The notes: generated by a model from the sequence alone, not told the origin. Counted from the stretch's first letter, positions 9,481-19,849 are shown. The stretch: 64,000 nt of DNA from Candidatus Freyarchaeum deiterrae (GCA_037305845.1 CP147778.1:768001-832000); one strand, 5' to 3'. A program made the numbers and translations.

Positions 9481-10398
9481 TCATTTTTTAGGGCGGGTGG
9501 ACAAAAAGCCTTGTACAAGGGAATGCGCCAGGTCTATTGCATGGTTTGGGGCAAATTCATCGAGTTGCTTCCCATATGCTTTAACAATGAATTCGGTTAC
9601 GTATTCTGGGTCAGGCTTTTCTTTGTAAACTTTTTTTATTTCGTTGTTCCACTTGTAAGCCGTTTTAATAGTATCCTTTAGGGAGAGGTTACCGTCGCGT
9701 GCTGATTTAGCTCCGAAGTGGGCGAATCCTATTATTTCTGGTTGATAAGACTCGATTTTGTTTATTGTTGCTACAAAGGTTTCTAAATCGAACTCTGGAG
9801 GGAAAGCCGTGGGGGTTATTGTTTTCGTTTGGGGCATATGTATACCCGCCGCGTCTCCAACGAACATAAATCTATTTTTAGGTTCATAAAAACTCAGGTG
9901 GTCGTTCGAGTGTCCTACGGTCTCTAAAATTTGAATATCCACACCGTTACCCAGACCAACCGAGTCACCATCTTTGACGATGTCAAAATTCGTTATAGGC
10001 TTCATTTCGATTCCGGATATGCCGAAGCTTTGTCTTCCCCCCTCAATCAACTTCTCAATTATTGCGGGAACAGTGAGACGTTTTGAATCTTTCTCCGAAA
10101 CCAGAACTCTAGCTCTGGGAAACTCATCTTCCAGATAAGCTGCACCCCCTGCGTGGTCAAAGTGGCAGTGCGAGGGCATTATGTAAGCAATCTCGTCCCT
10201 CTTTATTCCCAGACTTAATACGCCATCAACTAGGTTTTTAACTGTGCTGTTTGAGCCAGTATCAAGAACCGCTGCTTTTTCTCCCTTCACTAAGAACACG
10301 GAAGTGGAGCCTAATTTCCCGTGCATATTTACGTCTACTAGATAAACGTTTTCACTTATCTTAGAAGTTTTAATAAACCACAAAAGAAACACCCACAA
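9481..10398 (-). CDS. MBL-fold metallo-hydrolase
   Basis: DTG, SHCHFDHAGG, GHSNDH, VGDAAG, AHFG. Confidence 0.88.
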   Translation of the reverse strand: MWVFLLWFIKTSKISENVYLVDVNMHGKLGSTSVFLVKGEKAAVLDTGSNSTVKNLVDGVLSLGIKRDEIAYIMPSHCHFDHAGGAAYLEDEFPRARVLVSEKDSKRLTVPAIIEKLIEGGRQSFGISGIEMKPITNFDIVKDGDSVGLGNGVDIQILETVGHSNDHLSFYEPKNRFMFVGDAAGIHMPQTKTITPTAFPPEFDLETFVATINKIESYQPEIIGFAHFGAKSARDGNLSLKDTIKTAYKWNNEIKKVYKEKPDPEYVTEFIVKAYGKQLDEFAPNHAIDLAHSLVQGFLSTRPKK

Positions 10399-10703
10399 AA
10401 CATTTTTTATACACCCACAACTTGCCCAAACTACTTAACATTTACTATATCATATAATACACCACAGGCTGAAGACAAAATCAGGAAGTTACACCTAGTG
10501 AAGGTGTGAACATGTGATGGCGGTCAGAAACGCTTTTCTAATCGTTGTCTGTTTTAGGATGCCTTTGAAAGTCTGCTTCAATAGCCTTTGGCTTCCACCA
10601 CCAGTTTTTATATATCCTTTATTACATAGATAGTTTATGTGGGTAAATTCCTTACCTTTATAGAAGGCGAGCTTCCTTTGCGCCGGCAGGAGTTGGTGAA
10701 TAA

Positions 10704-11180
10704 TTGTTCAAGTTGGATGAGATTGATTTTAAGATACTAAGTATACTTCAGGAGGATGGAAGAACACCAGTAGCCGAAATAGCAAGACAGGTTAAATTAG
10801 CGTCTCCCTCCATTCATGAGAGGATCTCCAAGCTGGAGCAAGTGGGAATAATAAAAGGATACACCGTTATACTTGATAGTAAAAAACTTGGTAAGGATGT
10901 TACTGCTTTTATTGGGATAAGGGTGAATCATGCGCTTTCCAGTGGTGACACTGTTGTGAGCGAACTCATGAAAATTGAAAGCATCCTCGAGACTCACACA
11001 GTTACGGGAGATGATGATATCCTCATAAAAGTAAAAACCGAGAACACAACCACTTTAGAAAAACTACTAAAGAAAATAGATTCAATAAAGGGCATACTAA
11101 ACACCAAAACCACAGTAGTTTTGTCAAGCCCAGCGGAAACCATCAAAATTAAAATTGAGCAAAGACCAGAAAAAGGCTAG
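10704..11180 (+). CDS. Lrp/AsnC family transcriptional regulator
   Basis: LDEIDFKILSILQEDGR HTH, GIIKGY, C-terminal RAM domain (VTGDDD). Confidence 0.93.
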   Translation: MFKLDEIDFKILSILQEDGRTPVAEIARQVKLASPSIHERISKLEQVGIIKGYTVILDSKKLGKDVTAFIGIRVNHALSSGDTVVSELMKIESILETHTVTGDDDILIKVKTENTTTLEKLLKKIDSIKGILNTKTTVVLSSPAETIKIKIEQRPEKG

Positions 11181-11256
11181 TAATTGGAACCAAAATTTAA
11201 AGAACCAGTTAACTGGCCTGACGTGTTCAGGGGCAATTTTTCAGGAAATTTATTCT

Positions 11257-12657
11257 TTACAGGCGGATTCTTTTGAAAATTTTTTCCAAGAAAGCTGATG
11301 TCTGGAACAGAGAGGGACCCGCAGTGAGCCCTGCTCTGGCTTTGGGATAATTAATATTCTTGTATGGGTTCATGATGTTTTGTGGGTCAATCTGCTCCTT
11401 AATCTTCCTCATTAACTTTAAGGTGTCAGCGTCGAACACATCCTCCATCCAGAAGCTGTTCCAAACACCAGAGCCATATGGTCTGCCGCCCCAATCGATA
11501 GCCGCCTTTACGAACTCCCCGATAAGTGCTATTCTCTTTAAACCACTTTCTTCCTCACCACAAATGAGGCGTAGTATAATTGAATCGGCATCCGCCAAAA
11601 ATCCAACCAGCCCCCGTACTTGATAACTCTCTTTCAGCTTTCGAACCACTTCAAAAATCTTAGGCATACTATCTAAAGGTAGGAACACCTCGCCACCAAA
11701 ACCATCAGGGTGGTAAATCTTTCGGAGCTGAGCCCATAGATTAAAATCTTCTTCGAACATAGAAATAGCTCCGTGCGCCTTTTCCAAGGACACGTCCTCC
11801 CTGCCATCTTCAGATAAGAGCAGTATTACTCCTCTATCCGCTTCGATTCCCAGTTTAGTCTTAGATAATTCACCATCAAAAAATACTGCGGATATCAAAT
11901 TGCCTGACTGAGCTAATTCACTCAATCCTTGAAAAAGGGGTTCGTCTTTTATGATTCTGTACACAGTTACTTTCAGATTGTTTTGATGGTAGATTTTGAG
12001 TGTAGCCTCTGTTATTACTCCTAGTGTTCCCTCAGCTCCTGAGAACAGCCAGCTGTTATTATATCCAAATCCGTAAGAAAGACTGGTTTTAGAATAACCG
12101 GTATTGATTCTAAGACCGACTGGCAGCACGACTTCCAGATTAACTATTCGGTTTCCAATCGAACCGTGCATGAGGGAGCCTATTCCATAGCCACCTGTAC
12201 TGATAAATCCTCCCAGAGTTGAATCTTCATTAAGGGGACTTACACCAATGGTAAACCCTTTCTTCTTTAGCTGAGCATTCATTTTGCTCCAAGAAATGCC
12301 CGCCCCCGCGGTCAATGTTTTTTTATCCTCATCAATTTCAATCTTATTTACCCGTTTCATTTCCAGGACTACTCCCCCTTTTATGGGCAAAGCCTCACCG
12401 AGAGCGGATGTACCTCCTCCCCTGGGAATCAAGGGAATCTTTCTGTCAAAGGCGTAGTTGACTATGTCCACAATCTCTCTAGCATTGTGTGGTTTCACTA
12501 TGGCATCTGGCTCAATTTTGAATCCTAGGCTCAAAATGGTAGAGCCCCATGCTGAATCTTTCAAATTCTTCTTTTCTTTTTCACCTATAACCACATTCTC
12601 GTTTCCTACGATGCTGCCTAGGTCATTTTCCAACTTGGATTTTTTCATCCTTATCAC
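11257..12657 (-). CDS. FAD-binding oxidoreductase (GlcD/D-lactate dehydrogenase-like)
   Basis: PRGGGTS, STLGGFISTGG, GAEGTLGVITE, DPQNIMNP. Confidence 0.88.
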   Translation of the reverse strand: MIRMKKSKLENDLGSIVGNENVVIGEKEKKNLKDSAWGSTILSLGFKIEPDAIVKPHNAREIVDIVNYAFDRKIPLIPRGGGTSALGEALPIKGGVVLEMKRVNKIEIDEDKKTLTAGAGISWSKMNAQLKKKGFTIGVSPLNEDSTLGGFISTGGYGIGSLMHGSIGNRIVNLEVVLPVGLRINTGYSKTSLSYGFGYNNSWLFSGAEGTLGVITEATLKIYHQNNLKVTVYRIIKDEPLFQGLSELAQSGNLISAVFFDGELSKTKLGIEADRGVILLLSEDGREDVSLEKAHGAISMFEEDFNLWAQLRKIYHPDGFGGEVFLPLDSMPKIFEVVRKLKESYQVRGLVGFLADADSIILRLICGEEESGLKRIALIGEFVKAAIDWGGRPYGSGVWNSFWMEDVFDADTLKLMRKIKEQIDPQNIMNPYKNINYPKARAGLTAGPSLFQTSAFLEKIFKRIRL

Positions 12658-12958
12658 TTGACACCAAGTAAAAGATTGTGAACCTATTAAGTTTCGTGGT
12701 TAAGTTTTCTTTTTAATTAGTTAAATAAAATAATATAATAAAATGGTTTAAACTATGAATAATGGTTTAACATTCAAGTGTATTCAAATACTCATTTAAA
12801 AACTTAGCAATAATTATCTGGGCTTAGATTAATTCGTCTTGAAGTCGAAGTCGTCTTAATTTGAATATGAATTTATCGTAAGAATAAGTAAGTTGAATCT
12901 TTAATTGAGGGCAAAAAATATAATAACGAAATACATTTTACAATTGGGGATGTAGAGC

Positions 12959-13528
12959 GTGATTATTCATAATATTTACATTATTAACTCTGACGGAATT
13001 TGTCCCTTAGACCTAACTCTGGGTTCTGTTAAGGTTGACCCAGAATTGGTGGCGGGTATTTTCTCGGCTTCTCAGAAGTTCTGGGGAGAGGTCACGGGAG
13101 AGACGCCGAAATCCATTTCCTTTCAAAATATGAATGCTTATATTAAGCCTTTTTCTACAGGAGAGAAGAACTGGTATTTGATTTTGATATCCGAGGCGGA
13201 GGAACCGGGGCTTGTGAAAAAGGTTGAAGATTGTGTGTTGAAAGTTGTGGAAGAAAATAATGGGTTGTTTGAAAAGTTTTTTGCGGACACCACGGCTATC
13301 AGTACCACTGTGGGTGACTCCATAATTAATGAATTAAAGAAAATCCCCTGCCCTAACATAACTAAAAGAATGCTAAAACAGGTATGTGAGATTGACGGTA
13401 AGCCGGTAAAGGAAACCAGTTGTAACCTATTTTCCATGGCAAGATGTAAAACAAAAATCAAAAATTACGACAAAAAGGACTCATCAGTTGCGGGGCTGAT
13501 TGACGAGTTTCTGAACAGCCTAAGGTAA
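12959..13528 (+). CDS. Longin-like domain protein with C-terminal four-Cys module
   Basis: IHNIYIINSDGICP...DPELVAGIFSA...LILISE matches the longin pattern; C-terminal CP-x10-C-x11-C-x7-C. Confidence 0.65.
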   Translation: MIIHNIYIINSDGICPLDLTLGSVKVDPELVAGIFSASQKFWGEVTGETPKSISFQNMNAYIKPFSTGEKNWYLILISEAEEPGLVKKVEDCVLKVVEENNGLFEKFFADTTAISTTVGDSIINELKKIPCPNITKRMLKQVCEIDGKPVKETSCNLFSMARCKTKIKNYDKKDSSVAGLIDEFLNSLR

Positions 13529-13644
13529 AAAACTCGCTTTTCGAATCGTAAAAATAATTATAGTTTTTGCTTTTTTGGAATAATCTTTTTTAGCATGTTG
13601 TATTCCAATATTTACATTATGAATTGCAATATAAGTAGGAAAAG

Positions 13645-14466
13645 GTGTTACTTGTGGTAAGTTTGGGAGAGTTTATTATCTATGCGTACTTCTTTAGCGA
13701 TTATTACCGCCTTTCAGCTGTTTTCGGTGTCTCTATTGGAATGTATATCAGGCTTTGCTTTTCAGCCATTGCCTCAATCGCCGGTTTTTCGGTAGCAATT
13801 ATAGCTTCGGTCAGAACTCGAAAAAAAATCGCTAATAAACTATTAGTTACCAGTATTATCATCGCAACTCTTGCAGGAGGCATCGCGGCACTATCTGTTG
13901 CTATTGCTTCATATTTCTACATTACTTATCCCAGCTTTTTCACCTTCATTCCAGAAACAACGCTAATACTCAACCGTGTCAGTTTTGTTTCAATCCCTAT
14001 AATTGGGCTTTTCTTTTGGATTTTCTTCTCACAGCTAATTGGAATAAGAAGAGCGGTCATCTATGGCGCTGTCGTAATCTCTTCAGTAATTCTATTTTTG
14101 AACTCGATTGCCACCATAACTGCGGAAGAAGTTCAGTTAATGCTTTACGTTAACATGGGCTTGATTTTCTCTTTTGTCACATTGAGTTACTGGCTTGTTA
14201 CTTTCATAATTATCTCGATCTCATTCTTCTACTACGCTTCCAAACAGAAAGGTGAACGTCGAATAATGGGAGCCATATTAGGAACCGCGGGAATTGCAGC
14301 AGTCATGATTTTGGTGTCCCAAGCGTTGGCATTTCTTTTCAGCAACGCAATTCTAAGTGAAAGCGTATGGATCTTTGCAGCAGCCGCCTTCACGCTAATG
14401 CACCTTGGATCGCTACCTCTAAGAAGCCTATTAACAAAAGAACCAAAACGAACCAAACGAAAATAG
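13645..14466 (+). CDS. Polytopic (~7TM) membrane protein
   Basis: About seven hydrophobic segments plus a basic C-terminal tail; no soluble output domain. Confidence 0.75.
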   Translation: MLLVVSLGEFIIYAYFFSDYYRLSAVFGVSIGMYIRLCFSAIASIAGFSVAIIASVRTRKKIANKLLVTSIIIATLAGGIAALSVAIASYFYITYPSFFTFIPETTLILNRVSFVSIPIIGLFFWIFFSQLIGIRRAVIYGAVVISSVILFLNSIATITAEEVQLMLYVNMGLIFSFVTLSYWLVTFIIISISFFYYASKQKGERRIMGAILGTAGIAAVMILVSQALAFLFSNAILSESVWIFAAAAFTLMHLGSLPLRSLLTKEPKRTKRK

Positions 14467-14632
14467 AACTCCAATACAAGTATATCCAATCGAGTCCTGC
14501 AACCCCTTTTTTTATTTTCTAAATAAGATGCAATAGTTATTAATGAGAAGTCCATTCAAAGATATATATATGGATAGTTAGGGTGTTATAATACTCTATG
14601 ACAGTAGTTATGGAAACTCTCGGTGATTCTCG

Positions 14633-15763
14633 ATGTATTATTTGGAGTGTGCTGTTTGCAAAAAGCGGATAGAAAATGAGTCGATTCTATGCCCGGACTG
14701 CGGAGGGCCCATCCAAGTATACTATGATTATGACTCGATGCGGCTGAGCCGTGAAGATTTTCAAGGCAGAACCATCTGGAGATACCGCCAACTGCTTCCT
14801 TTCGAAAAAATTACACGTCTCGTAACCCTCAATGAAGGGTACACGCCTCTACAGAGAAGCGATATCATCGGAGACGACTTGGCTCTAGACCTGTGGTATA
14901 AGCTTGAAATACATAACCCCACAGGTAGTTTCAAGGATAGGGGAAGCGCCGTGGAACTCACTAAGGCTCTGGAAAGAGAAGCAAAATCAATTGTGTGTGC
15001 TTCGACGGGAAACATGGCCTCCAGTGTGTCCGCCTATTCTGCAAAGGCGGGGCTAAAGTGTAAAATAGTTGTTCCTAGGAACGCGCCTGTAACCAAGATA
15101 ACCATGATGGAACTCTATGGTGCCGAAGTAGAGTTTGTAGACGGCGGATTCGACGAAGCGGTAGACACGGCCATGGAGTACGCAAAGGATCCGAGTGTAC
15201 TTTTTGCGGGTGACTATTACTGGAGACGAGAAGGTCAGAAAACCATAGCCTTCGAGATATTTGAAGAATTAGCTAATGTGGATTGGGTTGTGGTTCCTGT
15301 TGGTTCTGGGGTGCTTCTTTCAGCTCTCTACAAAGGATTTTGGGAACTGAAAAAATTGAAGCTCATGGACAGAATTCCCCGCATGGTTGGTGTTCAGGCT
15401 GAGGGATGTAGCCCGGTGACCCAAGCGTGGAAAGGGGATAGATTTCAGAAGTGGAAAGAATCACATACCCTAGCAAGCGCAATAGAGGTTTTGAACGCCT
15501 TTGACGCACCCCTAGCTTTGGAAGCGGCGAGAGAAAGTGGGGGTGAAATTATTTCTGTCTCTGATAAAGAAATTATGGAATCCCTAGTGGATCTCGCCCG
15601 CAGGGAAGGAGTTTTTGTTGAACCTGGCGCTGCGGCTTCAATAGCGGGGGTGCTAAAGGAATGGAAAAAGTTTGATGGAAGAGTCGTATGTGTATTGACA
15701 GGCTATGGGCTCAATGATTTCCAGACGGTTAAAGACTACCTTGAAGGAAAACTCAAATTGTAG
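14633..15763 (+). CDS. thrC: Threonine synthase (PLP fold II)
   Basis: N-terminal CxxC..CxxC, EGYTPL, NPTGSFKDRG, ASTGN, EGQKT, PVGSG. Confidence 0.88.
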   Translation: MYYLECAVCKKRIENESILCPDCGGPIQVYYDYDSMRLSREDFQGRTIWRYRQLLPFEKITRLVTLNEGYTPLQRSDIIGDDLALDLWYKLEIHNPTGSFKDRGSAVELTKALEREAKSIVCASTGNMASSVSAYSAKAGLKCKIVVPRNAPVTKITMMELYGAEVEFVDGGFDEAVDTAMEYAKDPSVLFAGDYYWRREGQKTIAFEIFEELANVDWVVVPVGSGVLLSALYKGFWELKKLKLMDRIPRMVGVQAEGCSPVTQAWKGDRFQKWKESHTLASAIEVLNAFDAPLALEAARESGGEIISVSDKEIMESLVDLARREGVFVEPGAAASIAGVLKEWKKFDGRVVCVLTGYGLNDFQTVKDYLEGKLKL

Positions 15764-15913
15764 TCTTACCCAACTTTTTTGATTGAACTATTTTGGAAGA
15801 TTTTGAAGTAGATATCTTTTTAGGAAACTATACAACCGTTATTTGAAATTCAATATCTATAAGTTGTTTATACTTCCATAATTTTATGGAAAAAAGGTAC
15901 AGAAACATTTTGA

Positions 15914-16612
15914 GTGATGGCAATGAGCGACTCTAATATTCTCGAGCTAGAGAATGTTGGTAAAGTCTACAAGACTGGAGACGTAGCCTTCGAAGCTTTG
16001 CATGAGGTTTCATTGGTGATTGAAAGAGGACGATGGGTAGCTATCCAGGGCCCCAGCGGTTCTGGAAAAAGTACGCTTCTTAACTTGATTGGTTGCCTTG
16101 ACAGACCGACTAGTGGTAGAGTACTCCTTGAAGGAATCGACATATCAAAACTAAGTGAAAACAAGCTTGCACAAATGCGAGGCGAAAAAATCGGTTTTAT
16201 TTTTCAAACGTTCAACCTGATACCCAGTCTAACAGTGACTGAGAATATTCTTCTTCCCACATCTTTTACAAGGAAACTCAAAAAAGCGGATGCCAAGCAA
16301 AGAGTTAAGGAATTAATGAACAGATTGGGAATCAATAGTTTGAAGAATCGTTTTCCAAGTAGACTCAGTGGTGGAGAAACCCAGAGAGTTGCCATTGGAA
16401 GAGCTCTCATAAACGAACCCTCACTAATATTAGCAGATGAACCAACAGGCAATTTAGACACCACAACAGGCTCAGAAATCGCGAACCTTTTCAAAGAGAT
16501 GCATGAGGAAGGCGAAACAATCATTCTAGTAACGCATGATAATGACCTGGCACGAAGGGCGGAGAAAATCTACGTTCTTCGGGACGGTAAACTGAACGTG
16601 AAAGGAGAGTGA
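15914..16612 (+). CDS. ABC transporter ATP-binding protein (LolD/MacB type)
   Basis: GPSGSGKST, LSGGE, ILADEPTGNLD, VTHD. Confidence 0.95.
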   Translation: MMAMSDSNILELENVGKVYKTGDVAFEALHEVSLVIERGRWVAIQGPSGSGKSTLLNLIGCLDRPTSGRVLLEGIDISKLSENKLAQMRGEKIGFIFQTFNLIPSLTVTENILLPTSFTRKLKKADAKQRVKELMNRLGINSLKNRFPSRLSGGETQRVAIGRALINEPSLILADEPTGNLDTTTGSEIANLFKEMHEEGETIILVTHDNDLARRAEKIYVLRDGKLNVKGE

Positions 16613-16616
16613 AACA

Positions 16617-17774
16617 GTGTCTTCGATTAAAATAGCTTTTCGAAATTTAGGAAGACGCAAAAGCCGGAACACTCTAACCATCATCGGTATAACAGTAGGA
16701 ATAGCAGCGCTAATAGCACTAATATCTCTCACTTTAGGACTAAGCGCACACATCAATAGCCAGTTCCAAAACCTCGGAGTAGATGTTTTAGTTTATCCAA
16801 CTTCTGGCAGAATTCCAAATTCCGCAGTTGGAACAATACAAGCCGACGCGGGAGTATACGCCGTAGCACCAAGAATCGACTTTGGAATGATTGCGCAGCA
16901 ACAGAATATTTCAGTTGCCTTTAATACGATTGATCCCGATGCTGAGGCTAAAATCGGATATCTAAAGCCGTTGTTGGGCGGCCTAAGTATGGGCGAGAAT
17001 GAAACAGTTTTGGGATTATCAATAGCCCAAAAACTTGGAGCAGGAATAAATAGTAACATAACATTTTTAGACCCATACCCAAACCCACTTAATCCCTCCG
17101 CTTTCAGTTTGAAGGTTGTTGGTATACTGAATCGAAGCCAAGAGTTCATTTCTTTCTCGGATAGCTTTGGATTTGTCAATGTTGCGTACGCTGGAAATAT
17201 GACCGATGTAAATGCTGGACTTTCGGCGATTTTGGTGAAATGCTGGACTAGTGATTTGTCAGCATATGTGGCCTATGAGATTCAGCAGCAGTTTCCCGAT
17301 GTTTCAGTTGTTTCTCAGTCACAAATTAGAACAGTGGTGAACGGTGTTACTGGAACCGTAAACTTCTTTCTGTATATAGCAACGGGATTAGCTCTAATAG
17401 TCAGCTGTTTGGGAACCGCGAACACTATGGCAGTGGCGGTTATTGAAAGAAGACGCGAAATAGGTATAATGAAAGCCGTTGGAGCTAAAGGCAGAAATGT
17501 AATGGGAGTATTCGTAATAGAATCTGCGCTACTCGGATTCATTGGAGGCGTTTTAGGATTAGTCATAGGATACGCTGCTGGCTATGCTGTTCAGTGGTAT
17601 GTTAATAGTGTTTTATGGTACATATCGTTTATCGCGGGATACCAGCCGGTATACGATTGGTGGATATGGCCACTCGGACTCGGAATCGCAGTTGTTATCT
17701 CACTTATCGCAGGAGCTTACCCCGCTTGGAGAGCTTCAAGACTAAAACCAGTAGAAACTCTAAGATACGAGTAA
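16617..17774 (+). CDS. ABC transporter permease (FtsX/MacB family)
   Basis: RNTLTIIGITVGI, ERRREIGIMKAVGA, YPAWRASRLKPVETLRYE. Confidence 0.93.
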   Translation: MSSIKIAFRNLGRRKSRNTLTIIGITVGIAALIALISLTLGLSAHINSQFQNLGVDVLVYPTSGRIPNSAVGTIQADAGVYAVAPRIDFGMIAQQQNISVAFNTIDPDAEAKIGYLKPLLGGLSMGENETVLGLSIAQKLGAGINSNITFLDPYPNPLNPSAFSLKVVGILNRSQEFISFSDSFGFVNVAYAGNMTDVNAGLSAILVKCWTSDLSAYVAYEIQQQFPDVSVVSQSQIRTVVNGVTGTVNFFLYIATGLALIVSCLGTANTMAVAVIERRREIGIMKAVGAKGRNVMGVFVIESALLGFIGGVLGLVIGYAAGYAVQWYVNSVLWYISFIAGYQPVYDWWIWPLGLGIAVVISLIAGAYPAWRASRLKPVETLRYE

Positions 17775-17916
17775 CCAGCGGAATTCATCAGAAAATAAGA
17801 ACGGGTGAATTCTCACAATTTTCTCTTTTTTTTGTTCTGCCTCAATTTTAAGCACATTTTTCAACTTCATTTTAAAAACAAAATTTATATATTCTAATAT
17901 CTAATCTATATAGTAA

Positions 17917-18057
17917 GCTGGGTCGGTGGAGTAAACCGAACATTGTTTCTAAAAGGTTATGCTTAATTTTTATATTAGGCTGAGGATTAGGGGAAACTCT
18001 GTGCCTCATTTTCAGAACCTTTTTGACATGTTCAGGCTTAAAGCTGACCTAGCACCA
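17917..18057 (+). ncRNA. Candidate structured ncRNA with tRNA-like terminal stem, 3' ACCA and BHB-like motif
   Basis: TTTATATA box at ~17884; 11-bp terminal stem 17917-17927/18043-18053 then ACCA; nested helices and a GAAA-capped hairpin; no ORF. Confidence 0.6.
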
Positions 18058-18076
18058 AAATCAGATTTCTTACAGT

Positions 18077-18652
18077 TTAAGTCTTTGTGAAGTGATCCAG
18101 CGTTAATTCTGGTTTGTTCTCTTTGGTTTTCTGCTTTTTTGCGGTTTTTGTTTTTGGCTTGGGTTTTTCTTCTTTAGCTTCTTTTTTTGGTTTTGTTTCT
18201 ATCTGTTTCTCTTTTCTTGGTTTCTCTTCTTTAACTTCTTTAGGAATCCGACTAGGTTTTTTGGTTTTTAAGTGTTCTATTAGTGGCTCTTTTTCTTTTT
18301 TAATTGGCTTTTCTTGTATTTGTAACTCTACCTCGTTGTATTCTATTTTGCTTCTTATTGGATATGGTTTCACGTTTGCTAGCTCCTCGTTGCCGATTTT
18401 TTTATCAAATTTGTAAAGAGGGGGAAAATTACTTTTCTCTTTGAGGGTTAGGGTTTCATTTTGTTTTTCTAAAATTTTTTCTTCAAGAGCCAGGGTGAGT
18501 ATTTTCTGAGCTGTTGATGGTGGCAGTTCCTTATGTATTCCCCAGTTGAAGGAGAGGTAGAAGCACCATCTGCTCGGACTGAGGTATTTTTCACAAGATA
18601 ATTGGAAAGGAATCTGTGAGAGAAAGAGCAGGTCTTTTTTAACTATCGGCAT
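18077..18652 (-). CDS. DUF2240-like protein with Lys/Glu-rich tail and terminal PIP-box-like motif
   Basis: N-terminal IPF...LS....FYLSFNW...P..A.KI...A pattern; tail ends ELTLDHFTKT. Confidence 0.65.
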   Translation of the reverse strand: MPIVKKDLLFLSQIPFQLSCEKYLSPSRWCFYLSFNWGIHKELPPSTAQKILTLALEEKILEKQNETLTLKEKSNFPPLYKFDKKIGNEELANVKPYPIRSKIEYNEVELQIQEKPIKKEKEPLIEHLKTKKPSRIPKEVKEEKPRKEKQIETKPKKEAKEEKPKPKTKTAKKQKTKENKPELTLDHFTKT

Positions 18653-18802
18653 TTCTCATGCATCCATTTTATTTGTTTGAATAGTTTAACCGAGGGAATG
18701 AAGAATAAATACTGTAATCATCTTCTTGGTTTCATTATTTCTTATTTAAAGACTTCTACTAACCTTTAAGAATGTTTTAGGAATAATCAGTTTTTTGTAT
18801 TT

Positions 18803-19849
18803 CTATGGTTTTTTGCCGAGAGTTGCCACCATTAATGCTATAGCATACGCTGGAGACATGTCCGCTCCCTTCCCGCCAATAATCTGCCCCAAATCAATTA
18901 TATCTCCAAATCCAGCTTTCGTTGCGGCTTTACTGGCCAAAAAATTTCTTCCAGTCCCAGTTACAACTACTCTCTTAATAGCAGTGTTCTTAGCGGCAAC
19001 CTGGATTAGAGCTTCTCTTATCTGGCTCAACTGGCATTGATAAATGTACTGGGCGATCTCATAAATCTCATTTCTCTGAAGCATGTCCGTATCCGCACAC
19101 ACTACTCGAGCCAAGCGTGCCAAACTGTACTCGACAGTTTTTTCTCTGCCATCCGCGGTTTCACAAGAATACTCTTCTTCACTGATATTATTAAGAATCA
19201 AGTGCACATCGGCTGAAAGAGCGAACTTCTCTGATGAAACTCTACAATTCTTGCCCCAAACTGGAATACTACTCACAATCGCGGGTATCGTTGTTCTTAG
19301 TGCACCCGTGTAAACAAGTTCTCCCGATATTAGTCTCTCAGTATCTGTTTTTCCAATGGTCTTCGGTTTCCCGTTCACTATTGGTATAATGTCTGTGGTG
19401 GTGCTTCCTGCATCTACTAGAAAACAGTCCTTAATGCGGCGACCCACCATCCAAGATGTCGCAGCCCAATTAGCCGCAGCCACTCTCAGAGGGTTTTTCC
19501 TAGCTTCACCAAGGTTTATGAGATTAGCGTCGACGTCAACTACCCAGATACTGGTTTCGGGAAATGTCCCTTCTATGGAGTCGAGAATATGGTTTACTCC
19601 CTCACGCTTGGTTTGATAGGCGTCAGAAAGCTCCGCGGTCATTGTGACTCCTACAGAGTGGGGGCTTCTATCTTTACACAGGTCATCTCGAACTTTGGCT
19701 AAGAGTTGAGGTAGTTCCGAAAGGGAATGTTGCCAAATAGGGAAATATACCGAACGAGCCTCGTAACTATCCACAGTATCTCCAGGGCCTATGTACAATG
19801 CCACGGCCTTCGTGTTTACGCCCCCTATGTCCCATCCTAAAAATAACAA
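18803..19849 (-). CDS. mfnF: Methanofuran biosynthesis protein MfnF-like (hydantoinase A/ASKHA family)
   Basis: GWDIGGVNTK, VTMTAELSD, AAANW, DAGSTTTDIIP, GELVYTG. Confidence 0.82.
   Translation of the reverse strand: MLFLGWDIGGVNTKAVALYIGPGDTVDSYEARSVYFPIWQHSLSELPQLLAKVRDDLCKDRSPHSVGVTMTAELSDAYQTKREGVNHILDSIEGTFPETSIWVVDVDANLINLGEARKNPLRVAAANWAATSWMVGRRIKDCFLVDAGSTTTDIIPIVNGKPKTIGKTDTERLISGELVYTGALRTTIPAIVSSIPVWGKNCRVSSEKFALSADVHLILNNISEEEYSCETADGREKTVEYSLARLARVVCADTDMLQRNEIYEIAQYIYQCQLSQIREALIQVAAKNTAIKRVVVTGTGRNFLASKAATKAGFGDIIDLGQIIGGKGADMSPAYAIALMVATLGKKP

Noticed and set aside
17917-18057. Canonical tRNA, 5S rRNA, SRP RNA or C/D-box sRNA identity for the structured RNA
   Set aside because: No cloverleaf or T-loop and no 5S/SRP conserved motifs; the TGAGGA and CTGA box-like words are buried in helices
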